From: a virus
Strand: one strand, 5' to 3'
Virus record (IMG/VR): IMGVR_UViG_3300025133_000038
Span: 55,351-119,350 of that record
DNA length: 64,000 nt
Both the position numbers and the translations under genes were made by a program. Within the stretch, counting starts at the first letter, position 1. Each line of letters starts with the position of its first letter. Below, piece by piece: positions 26,016-36,271 of this stretch. The notes beneath the pieces were generated by a model. The model saw nothing but the letters and a program-made list of their open reading frames with translations, was not told where the DNA came from and did no database searches.

Positions 26016-27896
26016 ATGAAAACTTATACACCACTACATTGTCATACTCATTACAGTCTACTTGATGGCCTATCAAAGCCAGAGAAGGTAGCTGAGAGAC
26101 TTGACGAGATAGGTGTTGAGGCGTGTGCTATCACAGACCACGGTAATATCAGTGGTAGTGTGGCCTTCTCTAATGCCCTAAGGGGCCATGAACGCCCTAA
26201 GAAATCTATTCTTGGGTGCGAACTATATGTTTGTAGTGAACATGCTACTATTCAAGTTCCAGAGAACCAAAAGCTACTACATCTTCCAGTCCTAGCTAAG
26301 AACAAGGCTGGTTGGAACAAGTTAATTCACCTAACTAGTAGTTCTAATTCCTCGGAACACTTCTATCATAAGCCCCGGCTGTCCCTAGACCAGATAACGG
26401 AGTATTCTGGTAACCTTATTGGCTTCAGTGGTCACCTGGGTTCCCATATTGCCTCCTCTATCCTGGTTGATGGTAAGCCCCATGATAACTGGCGTAAGCA
26501 AACAGCTAAGCTAGCCGAATGGATGCGAGACTGTTTCGGTAAGGACAATTTCTACCTAGAAATCCAACTAATGGACCACGTAAGCAATCCCCTACAGAAG
26601 GTGGTAGCAGACTGCGTGCGAACAATTAGTAAGGACACAGGTATCCCCTGCATTGCTACTCCTGACGCCCACTATGCTAGGTCAGAAGACGCAATCGACC
26701 AGAGGATTCTTCTCTGCACCAACTTGAGAAAGACTCTAACTGAGTGTTATAACGATAAGAATCAAACTATGGGTTGTTTCTTCAAGTCTGAGAATTATCA
26801 CATCCCTTCATACGAAGAGATGCTTTCATATGGGCATACTGAGGAAGAGTTAGATAACACAATGGCTCTGACTAGTACTGTTGATGACTATCAGATTGTT
26901 GGCCCTCCTATTTTCCCTCAGTTTGAATGTCCTGGTGGCATTAGTGCTGATGACCACCTAAGGCAGATGTGTAGGGATGGTTTTAGGCAAAAGGTACTAG
27001 AGAAGGGATTAGATACAGCCCAATATGGGGCTCAGGCAGACAAAGAACTTAAGGTATTTGTAGATGCTCAACTATCTGCGTACTTCCTGATTGTTCAGGA
27101 TGTTCTACAGTTTTGTACTGATAAAGGGTGGATGTTAGGACCGGGGCGTGGCTCAGCAGCAGGCTGTCTAGTCTCATACCTGATTGACATTACTCAGATT
27201 GACCCTCTTCCACATGAGTTGTGGTTTGAGCGATTTTATAACGCTGGCCGTAATAGTGCTGACCATGTATCTATTCCTGATATTGATATGGACGTGCCTA
27301 TCACCAAGCGGGCGGCTGTTATTGACTATTTAAAAGAGAAGTACGGGCAAGACAAAGTCTCTCAGATGATTACCTATCAGACAATGAAGGGTAGTGGGGC
27401 GTTGAAGGCTGTACTAAGGGCTCACGGTGGTGTTCCGTTCGAGATGATGAACGAGATGACCAAGAACATGCCTGAGGAGGCTAAGATTTCCAGTGAGCTT
27501 CAGGCGATGAAGGATGCTACTGGTAGTGCCTCTATTATTCAGTGGGCGCTGGAGAACAGAGCGAAGGATTTTGCTGACTGGGTGACGATGGATGACGAGG
27601 GTAACCTTGAGGGTCCATTCGCACAGCGGTTTGAACAGGCTATGAGACTAGAGGGTACTAAGGTAGCTCAGTCTAAGCACGCTGCTGGTGTAGTTATTGC
27701 ACCGGAGGCCCTAAGTAACATCTGTCCGATGGTACTGGATACAAAGAGCAAGGAACGCAACATGATTGCGGGACTTGAAATGAATGACCTTGAGGCGTTA
27801 GGCTTAATCAAATTTGATGTACTTGGCATTGCTTACTTGGATAAGATTATGGGTATTCAGGACATTCTTGGGACAGGGGAGATTCAGTGTGCGTAA
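26016..27896 (+). CDS. dnaE: DNA polymerase III alpha, N-terminal half (PHP + palm/thumb)
   Basis: LHCHTHYSLLDG, ITDHG, DAHY, GPGRGSAAG, FERF, PDIDMD, SKHAAGVVI, GLIKFDVLG; stops about 20 aa after KFD. Confidence 0.95.
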   Translation: MKTYTPLHCHTHYSLLDGLSKPEKVAERLDEIGVEACAITDHGNISGSVAFSNALRGHERPKKSILGCELYVCSEHATIQVPENQKLLHLPVLAKNKAGWNKLIHLTSSSNSSEHFYHKPRLSLDQITEYSGNLIGFSGHLGSHIASSILVDGKPHDNWRKQTAKLAEWMRDCFGKDNFYLEIQLMDHVSNPLQKVVADCVRTISKDTGIPCIATPDAHYARSEDAIDQRILLCTNLRKTLTECYNDKNQTMGCFFKSENYHIPSYEEMLSYGHTEEELDNTMALTSTVDDYQIVGPPIFPQFECPGGISADDHLRQMCRDGFRQKVLEKGLDTAQYGAQADKELKVFVDAQLSAYFLIVQDVLQFCTDKGWMLGPGRGSAAGCLVSYLIDITQIDPLPHELWFERFYNAGRNSADHVSIPDIDMDVPITKRAAVIDYLKEKYGQDKVSQMITYQTMKGSGALKAVLRAHGGVPFEMMNEMTKNMPEEAKISSELQAMKDATGSASIIQWALENRAKDFADWVTMDDEGNLEGPFAQRFEQAMRLEGTKVAQSKHAAGVVIAPEALSNICPMVLDTKSKERNMIAGLEMNDLEALGLIKFDVLGIAYLDKIMGIQDILGTGEIQCA

Positions 27897-28842
27897 ATCA
27901 AGACACAAAGATATGTCTCGTCAAAAATTTCATATGTTTACTCTTATAAAGAGGGTGGAGAATACTAAGCATGGAGAAGTAAAATATTTATGTGAATGTG
28001 ATTGTGGAACAATAAAAGAGGTTGTTTTATCACACCTAAGAAGAAATAGTGTGAAATCTTGCGGCTGTAAGAGAAGAAGTAGTCTAGAGGGTAAAAAATT
28101 TGGAAGATTATTGGTTAAAAAATATTCCCACACAGATAAGCATCGTTGTATGAGATGGGAATGTTTATGTAAATGTGGAAATATCTGCTATCCAACTTCT
28201 GCCCATTTAACTACTGGCACTGTAAAGTCTTGCGGGTGTTTAGTCGCAAAGAGCAATCAAATTAAATTGGATAATATAAAACAGGATAGGGTTTTAAATA
28301 ATAATTTAGCAAAACTACATCCTAACCTTTGTTTAATATGGGATTATAAAAAAAACAACAAAACGCCAGAAGAATTTACTAGCGGCAGTGGAGAAAAAGT
28401 GTGGTGGACTTGTGATAAACACGAGTCTTATCTACAAACTATATATGCTAAGTCTAAAAGGAATCATACTTGTCCAAAATGTAAGGTTTCCCATGGAGAA
28501 AGACGGATAATATCTATCCTAGATAAGTTAAAGATAGAATATTTATTTGACCAGAAAGAAAATAAGTATAAAGAGATAGAAGATTGTAAAATAGATTTTT
28601 ACCTACCAAGGTTTGACCTGTATGTAGAATATCATGGGCGACAACACTATAAAGCTATTGATATTGGAGTATGGGGAATAAAATCCAAAGAAGAAGGTGA
28701 AGCTAGATTGAAGAAACAACAGATAAGGGACCAATTGGTCCGAGACACACTAGGTAACAAACTACTAGAAATTCCATACTGGGATTTCGATAATATTGAA
28801 ACTTTAATTTTGGAGAAATTAGAATGGTTAAAAGAGAACTGA
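27889..28842 (+). mobile_element. free-standing homing endonuclease-like gene (Cys-rich DNA-binding repeats + Zn ribbon + Vsr-like nuclease)
   Basis: Two C.C.CG...KSCGC repeats, HP...WDY.KN...SG.KVWW.C...CPKC, IDFYLP...VEYHGRQHY; visibly more AT-rich than flanks; GTG 27889 overlaps dnaE-N stop. Confidence 0.8.
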
Positions 28843-29204
28843 AGTTTAAAGACCTAAGCGAAGGAGAAATCTTTAAGCATAACGGTAGATGGCTAAAGAA
28901 AGTTCGTCCTCATGGATTGCTCTGGGCTCCAAAGAAGAACGCTACTGAAGTTAACACAGGAGATGAAGATTTCTTTGTAGATGATTCAACCCTAGTTAGC
29001 GTCGATAGCGAACTACCACAAGTAGACGAAGCCCCAGAGATGGAGCAGGTATTTGAACAAGGGCAACTTGAGTGTGAAGACCCACTTGGAGTAGAGAAAA
29101 CCCCTGAAAAGTCAGACCTAACCTTTGACTATGGTAGTTCTGAAGAGGATTCTGAAAAGGGCTGTGATGAAGACTGCGATGAAGGTTGCGGGAGTTGTGA
29201 CTAA
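28824..29204 (+). CDS. hypothetical protein with acidic, Cys-containing C-terminus
   Basis: Coupled ORF; FKDLSEGEIF N-term; ends GCDEDCDEGCGSCD. Confidence 0.65.
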   Translation: MVKRELKFKDLSEGEIFKHNGRWLKKVRPHGLLWAPKKNATEVNTGDEDFFVDDSTLVSVDSELPQVDEAPEMEQVFEQGQLECEDPLGVEKTPEKSDLTFDYGSSEEDSEKGCDEDCDEGCGSCD

Positions 29205-29911
29205 TGAATTTCAAAAACATCGTAGTCTATGACTGGGAGACAGACTCACCTAAACCTGAGACCTGCAACCCAGTCCAACTCGGTGCTGTAGTTATCAACC
29301 CTCGTAAGCTAGAGTTCATTAAAGGTGCTGAGTTTAACTCAGATATGAGACCTCTAGACATTGATGATGATGACTATTTCGACCGAAACAAAAGCACCAT
29401 CGAGTGGCACTCTAGAATTTCTAAGTGTTCAACTGATGAGGTTATTGCAAGATGGAAGGCAGCTCCTTCACAAGAGTCGGTATGGCGTAGTTTCACTCAG
29501 TGGCTATCAAAGTATCACCTAAAGCAATCTCGTCAGTCTAAGTTCACGGCCCCTATTAGGGCTGGGTATAACATTCTCAAGTTCGATGATGTTATCACTC
29601 AGAGAATGGCCGAGAAGTATGGTGACGTTGAAAAGGATGGGACAATCAAGATTTGGTCACCTAGAGACCACATTGACTTGCTCCCTATGATGTTCTGGTG
29701 GTTTGAGAACCAAGAAAATCCTCAGAAGTATACTATGGATGTAATGAGACCCTACTTTGGCGTTAGCGCTGAGAAGGCTCACGATGCCCTTAAGGATGTA
29801 TATGACGAAGGCCAGATACTAATTAAGTGTCTACAGACACAACGATGGCTGACTGACAAACTACTTACCCAAGGAAAGTTAGGTCCGAAAAGTGGAAAAG
29901 TTCAAGTTTAA
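29204..29911 (+). CDS. DEDDh 3'-5' exonuclease (DnaQ/epsilon-like)
   Basis: ExoI VYDWETD, ExoII AGYNILKFDD, ExoIII AHDALKD. Confidence 0.88.
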   Translation: MNFKNIVVYDWETDSPKPETCNPVQLGAVVINPRKLEFIKGAEFNSDMRPLDIDDDDYFDRNKSTIEWHSRISKCSTDEVIARWKAAPSQESVWRSFTQWLSKYHLKQSRQSKFTAPIRAGYNILKFDDVITQRMAEKYGDVEKDGTIKIWSPRDHIDLLPMMFWWFENQENPQKYTMDVMRPYFGVSAEKAHDALKDVYDEGQILIKCLQTQRWLTDKLLTQGKLGPKSGKVQV

Positions 29912-31553
29912 CTACTGTGATTGTGAATTTCCCTGCACTGGCAGCGGAGATGATTTGAAGATTATCTTCAATCCTAGTCTCGAAAGCATCCCTATGTACT
30001 GTGAAGCTACATGGGACTTGATTGGGTCTGGGAATACTAAAGGTGTCTTCCAATTAGAGTCTAGGTTGGGCCAAATGCTGGCTAAGAAGTTAAAACCTAG
30101 GAATATTGACCACCTATCGGCCCTTGTCGCCATCATGCGTCCAGGTTGTCTGGAAGCTATGCGTGATGGTAAGTCGGTTACCCAACACTACATCGACAGA
30201 AAGAATGATGAAGAAGCGGTGACGTATTTTCACCCCTCTTTGGAGCCAAGTCTACGTTCTACCTTTGGTGAAATGATTTACCAAGAACAAGCCATGCAAA
30301 TAGCGAGAGACCTAGCGGGTTTCTCTCTGCAAGAAGCTGACGTTCTACGTAAGGCCATCGGTAAAAAGAAGGCTGACATGATGAATAAGGTTGAATATAC
30401 CTTTATGGAGGGCTGTAAGTTCACTGGTGTTGTTCCTAATGATGTAGCTAAAGAAATTTTTGAGTGGATTCGTAAATCTCAGAGATATTCATTCAATAAA
30501 TCTCACTCCGTTAGTTATGCTTACAATGCATACCTATCGGCTTATACCAAGGCACACTTTCGGCGTGCCTTTTTTACCTCCTATCTTTATTATGCAAAGG
30601 AAAAGATTAAACCGCATGATGAGGTTAGAGAGTTAGTTAATAATGCAAGGACTATGGATGTAGACGTATATCCTCCTGACTTGCGTAAGCAGAATGCTCA
30701 CTTCGCCCTATTTGACCGCAAAGTATTCTTTGGTTTGGTTGATATTAAGGGTGTGGGTGAGTCTGCAATCACACGAATGACGAAGAAAATAGTTCAGGCA
30801 GAAGAAGAACTGGGTAGGCCAATCGAGGATTGGTGTTGGTCAGACTTCTTACTGTTCCTGTCCCAAAACATTAGCAAGACCGCTGTCGAAGCCATGATTA
30901 AGGTCGGGGCTTTACGATGGATGAACGTGTCACGTCAACGAATGTGGTTTGAGTTCGAGCAATTCTCTGCTGTCTCTGATAGGGAGCAGAAGTGGCTCAA
31001 AGAGAAGTATATAGATGATAGTCAGAGTGATATGAGCTGCTCTGAACTATTACAAATACTGTTGGACTCCCCTGTTGGGAGAAAAGGTGGTATATCCAAT
31101 AAGAATAGGCATAAGAAGGTGGTTGGTATCAAGGCAATAGTCGATAAGCCACCATCTAGCCTAGAGGATACGCCTGAGTGGATAGCCTCTGTTGAAGAAT
31201 CACTAATGGGAATTTCCATCACATGCACTGTGGTAGACTCGTGCGAAACGAGCGCTGCTAACACAACATGTAAAGATTTTAACAGTGGTACTAGTCGCAA
31301 AAACGGTATAATGATGGCTGTAAAAGTGGACGAGGTGAAAGAGATTACAACTAAGAAAGGGAAGAACCCTGGTCAGAAGATGGCCTTTCTTTCTGTTTCA
31401 GATAGTTATGGTGCTTTGGATTCTTGTGTCCTATTTCCTGACGAGTGGACTCAAAGTAGGGTGAAGCTGTTCATAGGCAACACTGTTATGCTTGGAGGCG
31501 AACGAGGTAAGGAAAAGGATAGTTTTATAGTTAATAAAGTTTGGCAAATTTAG
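29892..31553 (+). CDS. dnaE: DNA polymerase III alpha, C-terminal half (fingers, HhH, OB)
   Basis: TKGVFQLES, AIMRPG, IYQEQAM, ADVLRKAIGKK, YSFNKSHSVSY, IKGVGE, MAFLSVSD; GTG start. Confidence 0.93.
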   Translation: MEKFKFNYCDCEFPCTGSGDDLKIIFNPSLESIPMYCEATWDLIGSGNTKGVFQLESRLGQMLAKKLKPRNIDHLSALVAIMRPGCLEAMRDGKSVTQHYIDRKNDEEAVTYFHPSLEPSLRSTFGEMIYQEQAMQIARDLAGFSLQEADVLRKAIGKKKADMMNKVEYTFMEGCKFTGVVPNDVAKEIFEWIRKSQRYSFNKSHSVSYAYNAYLSAYTKAHFRRAFFTSYLYYAKEKIKPHDEVRELVNNARTMDVDVYPPDLRKQNAHFALFDRKVFFGLVDIKGVGESAITRMTKKIVQAEEELGRPIEDWCWSDFLLFLSQNISKTAVEAMIKVGALRWMNVSRQRMWFEFEQFSAVSDREQKWLKEKYIDDSQSDMSCSELLQILLDSPVGRKGGISNKNRHKKVVGIKAIVDKPPSSLEDTPEWIASVEESLMGISITCTVVDSCETSAANTTCKDFNSGTSRKNGIMMAVKVDEVKEITTKKGKNPGQKMAFLSVSDSYGALDSCVLFPDEWTQSRVKLFIGNTVMLGGERGKEKDSFIVNKVWQI

Positions 31554-31560
31554 TGAAACG

Positions 31561-31592
31561 ACCTTGACAAATGGGTCGGTGGTGGCTATAAT
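31561..31592 (+). promoter_or_regulatory. class-1 promoter ACCTTGACA-N17-TATAAT
   Basis: TTGACA 31564-31569, TATAAT 31587-31592. Confidence 0.88.
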
Positions 31593-31646
31593 GCTACTAT
31601 GAAGTGTGTTTTTTGACAATAACAATTTTTTGGAGGAACAGAACTA

Positions 31647-32087
31647 ATGAATATCGTAGTTCTAAAAGGTAATCTCGCAAGAGACCCAGAATCGCGTGAA
31701 GTAACAGCAAACGGACGTACAACCACAGTGGTAAACTTTTCGATTGCAGTCTCTCGGTTCTTTAAAAAGCAGGATGGCACTAAGGATAAGGACGTAACTT
31801 TCATCGCATGTGAAGCATGGGATACTGGTGCGGAGACCATCGCTAAGTATGTGAAAAAGGGTGACCCCATCCTTGTTCACGGTTCGCTTAAGACCGAATC
31901 ATGGCCTGATAAGGACAACCCAGAAAAGAAGCATTCTCGAACTAAGGTTCGCGTAGAACGCTTCGATAAATTGTATCGGGCTCCTAAGAATGAGGATGGC
32001 ACCTATGTCAACTCCTCAGCAACTTCGGAACCTGTTCCTGCTAACGCTGGACCATCCGATACAGAGGGAGACGACATCCCGTTCTAA
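31647..32087 (+). CDS. ssb: single-stranded DNA-binding protein
   Basis: MNIVVLKGNLARDPE, KKGDPILVHGSL, acidic tail DDIPF; GGAGG SD. Confidence 0.95.
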   Translation: MNIVVLKGNLARDPESREVTANGRTTTVVNFSIAVSRFFKKQDGTKDKDVTFIACEAWDTGAETIAKYVKKGDPILVHGSLKTESWPDKDNPEKKHSRTKVRVERFDKLYRAPKNEDGTYVNSSATSEPVPANAGPSDTEGDDIPF

Positions 32088-32596
32088 TGGAATGTCGCTA
32101 TAGTCCACAACAAGTTGACGACTTGGTCCATGAGAACATGGGCCTTGTCGTCTCTATTGTTAAATCCCTGAGACCCCCTAACGCAACTGAGTACGAAGAG
32201 TATATTCAGTTGGGTAGGATAGGGTTATGGAAAGCAATTCGCAAACATGACCCGAAGCTGGCTAAACTATCAACAATCGCATGGGACTACATTAGATGGG
32301 AAATTATTCGTTATATCAATAAGAGCGTTAAATATAACACCTTGATGAATAACCCAGATGCCCAATATAGACTTCAATGCGTTCATTCTGAACGAACCCA
32401 AGAGTTGTTTACAGACAGTGTTGCCGAAGCCATACCAAGTTCCCTTTCAAAATCTGAATGCATAGTAGTGGATATGCGTCACCAGGGATATACCTTCGAA
32501 GAGATAGGTAAAGAGCTTGGAGGTTATACACGAGGTTGGGCAAACAAACTATTCAAACTAGCAATAAAGAAGATACAAGATGCCAACGAAAACTAA
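32087..32596 (+). CDS. sigma-70-family sigma factor (regions 2 and 4)
   Basis: NMGLVVSIV...EEYIQLGRIGLWKAIRKHDP...LSTIAWDYIRWEI; LSKSE...GYTFEEIGKELG. Confidence 0.85.
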   Translation: MECRYSPQQVDDLVHENMGLVVSIVKSLRPPNATEYEEYIQLGRIGLWKAIRKHDPKLAKLSTIAWDYIRWEIIRYINKSVKYNTLMNNPDAQYRLQCVHSERTQELFTDSVAEAIPSSLSKSECIVVDMRHQGYTFEEIGKELGGYTRGWANKLFKLAIKKIQDANEN

Positions 32597-34253
32597 GAAG
32601 CGTATATTGATGGTTAATGAAGGTGGTCATCTTCATACTGGATATGGCAACTACGGATTAGAAGTTCTAACCAGACTGTATAATACTGATAAGTATGAGA
32701 TAGCTGAGTTTTCTAGTTTTACAACCATAGAACAAGCAAGAGACAACAAGGCTATTTGTCCTTGGAAAATCTATGCTAATGCTGTTCATAAAGATGACCC
32801 TAGATACGAACAAATGAAAGCTAGAGGAGATTGTTCCTTTGGTTCTTGGAGGTTTGAGAGGGTTGTGCTAGACTTTAAGCCAGATATTGTCTTTGACATA
32901 CGAGACTACTGGATGCTTGCCTTTGAGAATGACTCCCCTTTGAGGGAGTATTTTCATTGGAGCATAATGCCTACTGTAGATTCTTCTCCCCAAAACGAAT
33001 CATGGCTAGAAACCTTTATTCAAGCAGATAGTGTATTCACCTATTCTGATTGGGGAAAGGAAGTTCTAGAGGACGAAGGTGGAGGTAAGATTGAAACATG
33101 TGGAGTAGCATCTCCTGGTGTTGACCTCAATGTTTTTACCCCTACTAAAGATAAGAATGTCCATAGAGATAGTATGGGGTTGAGTGGAGACCTTAATATA
33201 GTAGGTACGGTTATGCGTAACCAAAAACGTAAACTATACCCAGAATTATTTGAAGCCTTTGCAAACTATATAGAAAAGTGCATCAAAGAAGGTCGTGAAG
33301 ACTTAGCTAAAAAAAGCTACTTATATGTTCATACTTCATATCCTGATAGCGGATGGGAAATACCACAGCTATTAGCTAGGTATGGATTAAGCCATAAGGC
33401 TCTCTTTACATATCTATGTGGAAACTGCGGGTATTATTTCTCTTCCTTCTTCCAAGATGCTAGAACAGTATGCAAGAAGTGCAGTCATACCTCAGCTATG
33501 CTACCTAACTCAGCCAAGGGCTTAACAAGAAAGCAACTAGCTGATGTCTACAACCTATTTGACGCATATGTTCAATACTCTATCTGTGAGGGTTTTGGTA
33601 TGCCTCAGGTAGAAGCTATTGCTTGTGGAGTTCCTATCTTTACCGTTGGCTATAGCGCCATGACAGAGATTGGGGTTAAGTCAGGAGGCTTTGTTGTACC
33701 CCCTAAGACTAAATTCTTAGAATTAGAGACAGGAGCTTATAGGGTATACCCTGATAATGACTATCTTGTTGACTCTTTGTTTAACTTCTTTATAAAACCT
33801 CTTCCTGCAAGGGCTAAGTTTAATTTCCAAGCAAGGCAAACAGCAGAAAAATTCTACGACTGGGATGTTACAGCTAAGATATGGGAAAACCATTTCGACT
33901 CTATTGAGCTAACCGGAAACCAAGGCAAGTGGGACACTAAGGTTAGTATCCACGAACCAGCCGAAAGCATTCCTCCTCAGCATGAAAACTGGAACAACGA
34001 AGATTTTGTAGAATGGTTAATCCTAGATGTTTTAGGAAGACCAGACCTAATTAATGGACATTATTCTATGGAAGCCTATAGAAGTCTTCATTATGGAATT
34101 AGAAAGGTCGGAGAAGAATATGTTAACATTACTAGACAAGACCTATTCAATGCAGCTAAGGCTAAGGCTAAGTTAAAAGCCCTAGCTGAAAAAGCTAGGA
34201 TGGGAATGGTTACCGTTCTAAAGGAAGATTTTATCGAGGCTGCAAATGAGTAA
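32580..34253 (+). CDS. GT-B (GT4-like) glycosyltransferase with Zn-ribbon insertion
   Basis: TGYG, PGVD, VMRNQKRK, EGFGMPQVEAIACG; CGNC...CKKC insert. Confidence 0.9.
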   Translation: MPTKTKKRILMVNEGGHLHTGYGNYGLEVLTRLYNTDKYEIAEFSSFTTIEQARDNKAICPWKIYANAVHKDDPRYEQMKARGDCSFGSWRFERVVLDFKPDIVFDIRDYWMLAFENDSPLREYFHWSIMPTVDSSPQNESWLETFIQADSVFTYSDWGKEVLEDEGGGKIETCGVASPGVDLNVFTPTKDKNVHRDSMGLSGDLNIVGTVMRNQKRKLYPELFEAFANYIEKCIKEGREDLAKKSYLYVHTSYPDSGWEIPQLLARYGLSHKALFTYLCGNCGYYFSSFFQDARTVCKKCSHTSAMLPNSAKGLTRKQLADVYNLFDAYVQYSICEGFGMPQVEAIACGVPIFTVGYSAMTEIGVKSGGFVVPPKTKFLELETGAYRVYPDNDYLVDSLFNFFIKPLPARAKFNFQARQTAEKFYDWDVTAKIWENHFDSIELTGNQGKWDTKVSIHEPAESIPPQHENWNNEDFVEWLILDVLGRPDLINGHYSMEAYRSLHYGIRKVGEEYVNITRQDLFNAAKAKAKLKALAEKARMGMVTVLKEDFIEAANE

Positions 34254-35367
34254 GAATATTTTATTTATAGCGCCCTATCGACAGGGTGATGGTTGGGGTA
34301 AGGCTTCTCAAGATTTTGCCCTAGCTATGGAAACTACTAAGCATAATATTGCTATTCGCCCTATATATATGGACAGAGGTTTCTTTAAGCAAGAAGCTAT
34401 AGACCCAAAACTAATAGAAATGGAAGGTCGTTCTTTTGATAAGTATGATATGGTTATCGAAAATGTTCTTCCTAACTACTATGAGAAAACAGAGGTTCCT
34501 ACTCTGGCGTTTTTGTTCTTAGAGACAAACAATCTTGATAAAACCTTTTGGTATAGACCTATGTCTATCATGGATGGTATAATAGTTGCCTCTGATGCAG
34601 AGAAAACGACTGTTGACAGAGAAATCAATACACCTTGTTGGAACGTAGGTGGTCCCCTAGACAGCACTGTTGAAGATGAGGGCGACCTTGAGGGAATACC
34701 AAAGGACACTTTTAACTTCTACTTTATTGGAGAGAGTATTGATAGAAAGAACTTGGAGGCTTTAATTACAGCTTTCCATCTTGAGTTCTACCGTAGCGAA
34801 CCTGTGAACCTTATCCTTAAACTAAATAAAAGTGGTATGGATTCTCGCACTCTAAGCCAGCATATGCAAAAAGAGATACAGGGTATAAAAAACAAACTAC
34901 GCATCTACGAAGATAAAAATCTTTACAAGTCTGAATATCTTATTACAGATAGGCTGACAGAGAAAGAAATGGTACAGCTACATACGTCGTGCAACTGTTT
35001 TGTTATGCCTTCTAGAGGAGAGGCTTTCTGTAGACCTGCTGCTAGGGCTATGGTGTACGGCAACACTCCTATTGTTACAGACAATACAGGAATGACAGCC
35101 TTTATTAATGATGAAACAGGATGGGTTGTTCCATCGAAAGAAGTTCCTCTTGTTTCTAGGGATTATCCCCTAAAAGGAATATACACAAGTCGTGAAACGT
35201 GGTATGATATTGATATACTCGCTCTAGGCAAGGCTATGAGAGAGGCTTATACCTCAGACAGAACAGATAAGATTAAAGCAGGAATGGAAATGGCTAAGGC
35301 CCTAACTTATGAATCTGTTGGAAAAAATATAGAAAGGGTCATTGATGAGTACGACTCCAGTCAGTAA
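34246..35367 (+). CDS. GT4-like glycosyltransferase
   Basis: DGWG, RKNLEALI, FVMPSRGEAFCRPAARAM..G.TPIVT. Confidence 0.85.
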   Translation: MSKNILFIAPYRQGDGWGKASQDFALAMETTKHNIAIRPIYMDRGFFKQEAIDPKLIEMEGRSFDKYDMVIENVLPNYYEKTEVPTLAFLFLETNNLDKTFWYRPMSIMDGIIVASDAEKTTVDREINTPCWNVGGPLDSTVEDEGDLEGIPKDTFNFYFIGESIDRKNLEALITAFHLEFYRSEPVNLILKLNKSGMDSRTLSQHMQKEIQGIKNKLRIYEDKNLYKSEYLITDRLTEKEMVQLHTSCNCFVMPSRGEAFCRPAARAMVYGNTPIVTDNTGMTAFINDETGWVVPSKEVPLVSRDYPLKGIYTSRETWYDIDILALGKAMREAYTSDRTDKIKAGMEMAKALTYESVGKNIERVIDEYDSSQ

Positions 35368-36271
35368 TATACTACACAGAACATTAAACAAAAGAGATAA
35401 GCTCAACATACTATGTTTCTTCTTTGATGGGCGGTTTGAAGACGTTCTAGTAAAGACAGGTCATAATATCTACGGTGCGGAAAACTCCTTTATCTCTAAC
35501 TGCGATAGAAATCCAAACCTAAGGTACTTGCCTGACAATATCTCTCAAGTAGAACAGGATATGTGCTGGGATTTAATTCTATATAACCATGAAGAATCTC
35601 AGTTCAATAACGCTAGAAAAATGAGTGCGATATTACACGTACCAGCTCTAAGAGTTGAGCACTTCCTTTCTGCCACAAACATACCAACCGAGATTACAGA
35701 AGACACGGTCTTTTCTCACTCTGTTGTCAAAAATTCTTATAAGGCAGACGGCGAAATTATTCGTTATGGTATTGAAGATTCAGGCGAATCAGAAGAAGAA
35801 CGCGATATTGATGTGTTGATTCATGGTAACTTTATTCCTAGTGACTATCAAGCCGTAAGGTTTATTGAAGGATTAGACTACAATGTTGAGGTTTGGGGAG
35901 ACAGTCCTGGTTTATCAGAACAGATTTCTAATGAAGACTTAGTAAGTAAGCTCAAAAAGACCAAGGTTTTTATCAACCTCTCAACTCAGGGCGGTGTTCC
36001 TTATAGTGCCTTAGTTGCTATGATGTCTGGGTGTGCTATTATTTCTAATAAGACTGAAGCTACAGAGGGTGTCTTTACTGATGACTTTGCTATCTTAGTC
36101 AAGACACTTGAGGATTTTGATGTGTCGCTAAACCATATTCTGTCCACTGATTGGAAAAATATGGGAAAAGCTGCTAGAAAGGTAGCCCTTGAAAACTTTA
36201 ATATCGAAACTAATGCTAAGTTATGGGACAAAAAACTAAGACAAAAAAGTGAAGAGGTTTATATAAGATGA
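35345..36271 (+). CDS. divergent GT-B glycosyltransferase
   Basis: KVFINLS...PYSALVAMMSGCAIIS...MGKAARK. Confidence 0.7.
   Translation: MSTTPVSNILHRTLNKRDKLNILCFFFDGRFEDVLVKTGHNIYGAENSFISNCDRNPNLRYLPDNISQVEQDMCWDLILYNHEESQFNNARKMSAILHVPALRVEHFLSATNIPTEITEDTVFSHSVVKNSYKADGEIIRYGIEDSGESEEERDIDVLIHGNFIPSDYQAVRFIEGLDYNVEVWGDSPGLSEQISNEDLVSKLKKTKVFINLSTQGGVPYSALVAMMSGCAIISNKTEATEGVFTDDFAILVKTLEDFDVSLNHILSTDWKNMGKAARKVALENFNIETNAKLWDKKLRQKSEEVYIR

Noticed and set aside
27897-29891. Group I/II intron spanning the dnaE gap
   Set aside because: The gap is fully occupied by three overlapping ORFs, leaving no room for a ribozyme core; only RT-PCR would exclude it formally
27800-30000. Split intein joining the DnaE halves
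   Set aside because: No N-intein (Cys/Ser start plus ~100 aa with TxxH) after the N-extein, and no C-intein ending HN-C/S/T before the C-extein
13338-34586. Additional GGTATAAT-like hits inside genes (about 13340, 13650, 31305, 34576)
   Set aside because: They lack the full GTGTATAAT, are intragenic, and are plausible by chance in AT-rich DNA
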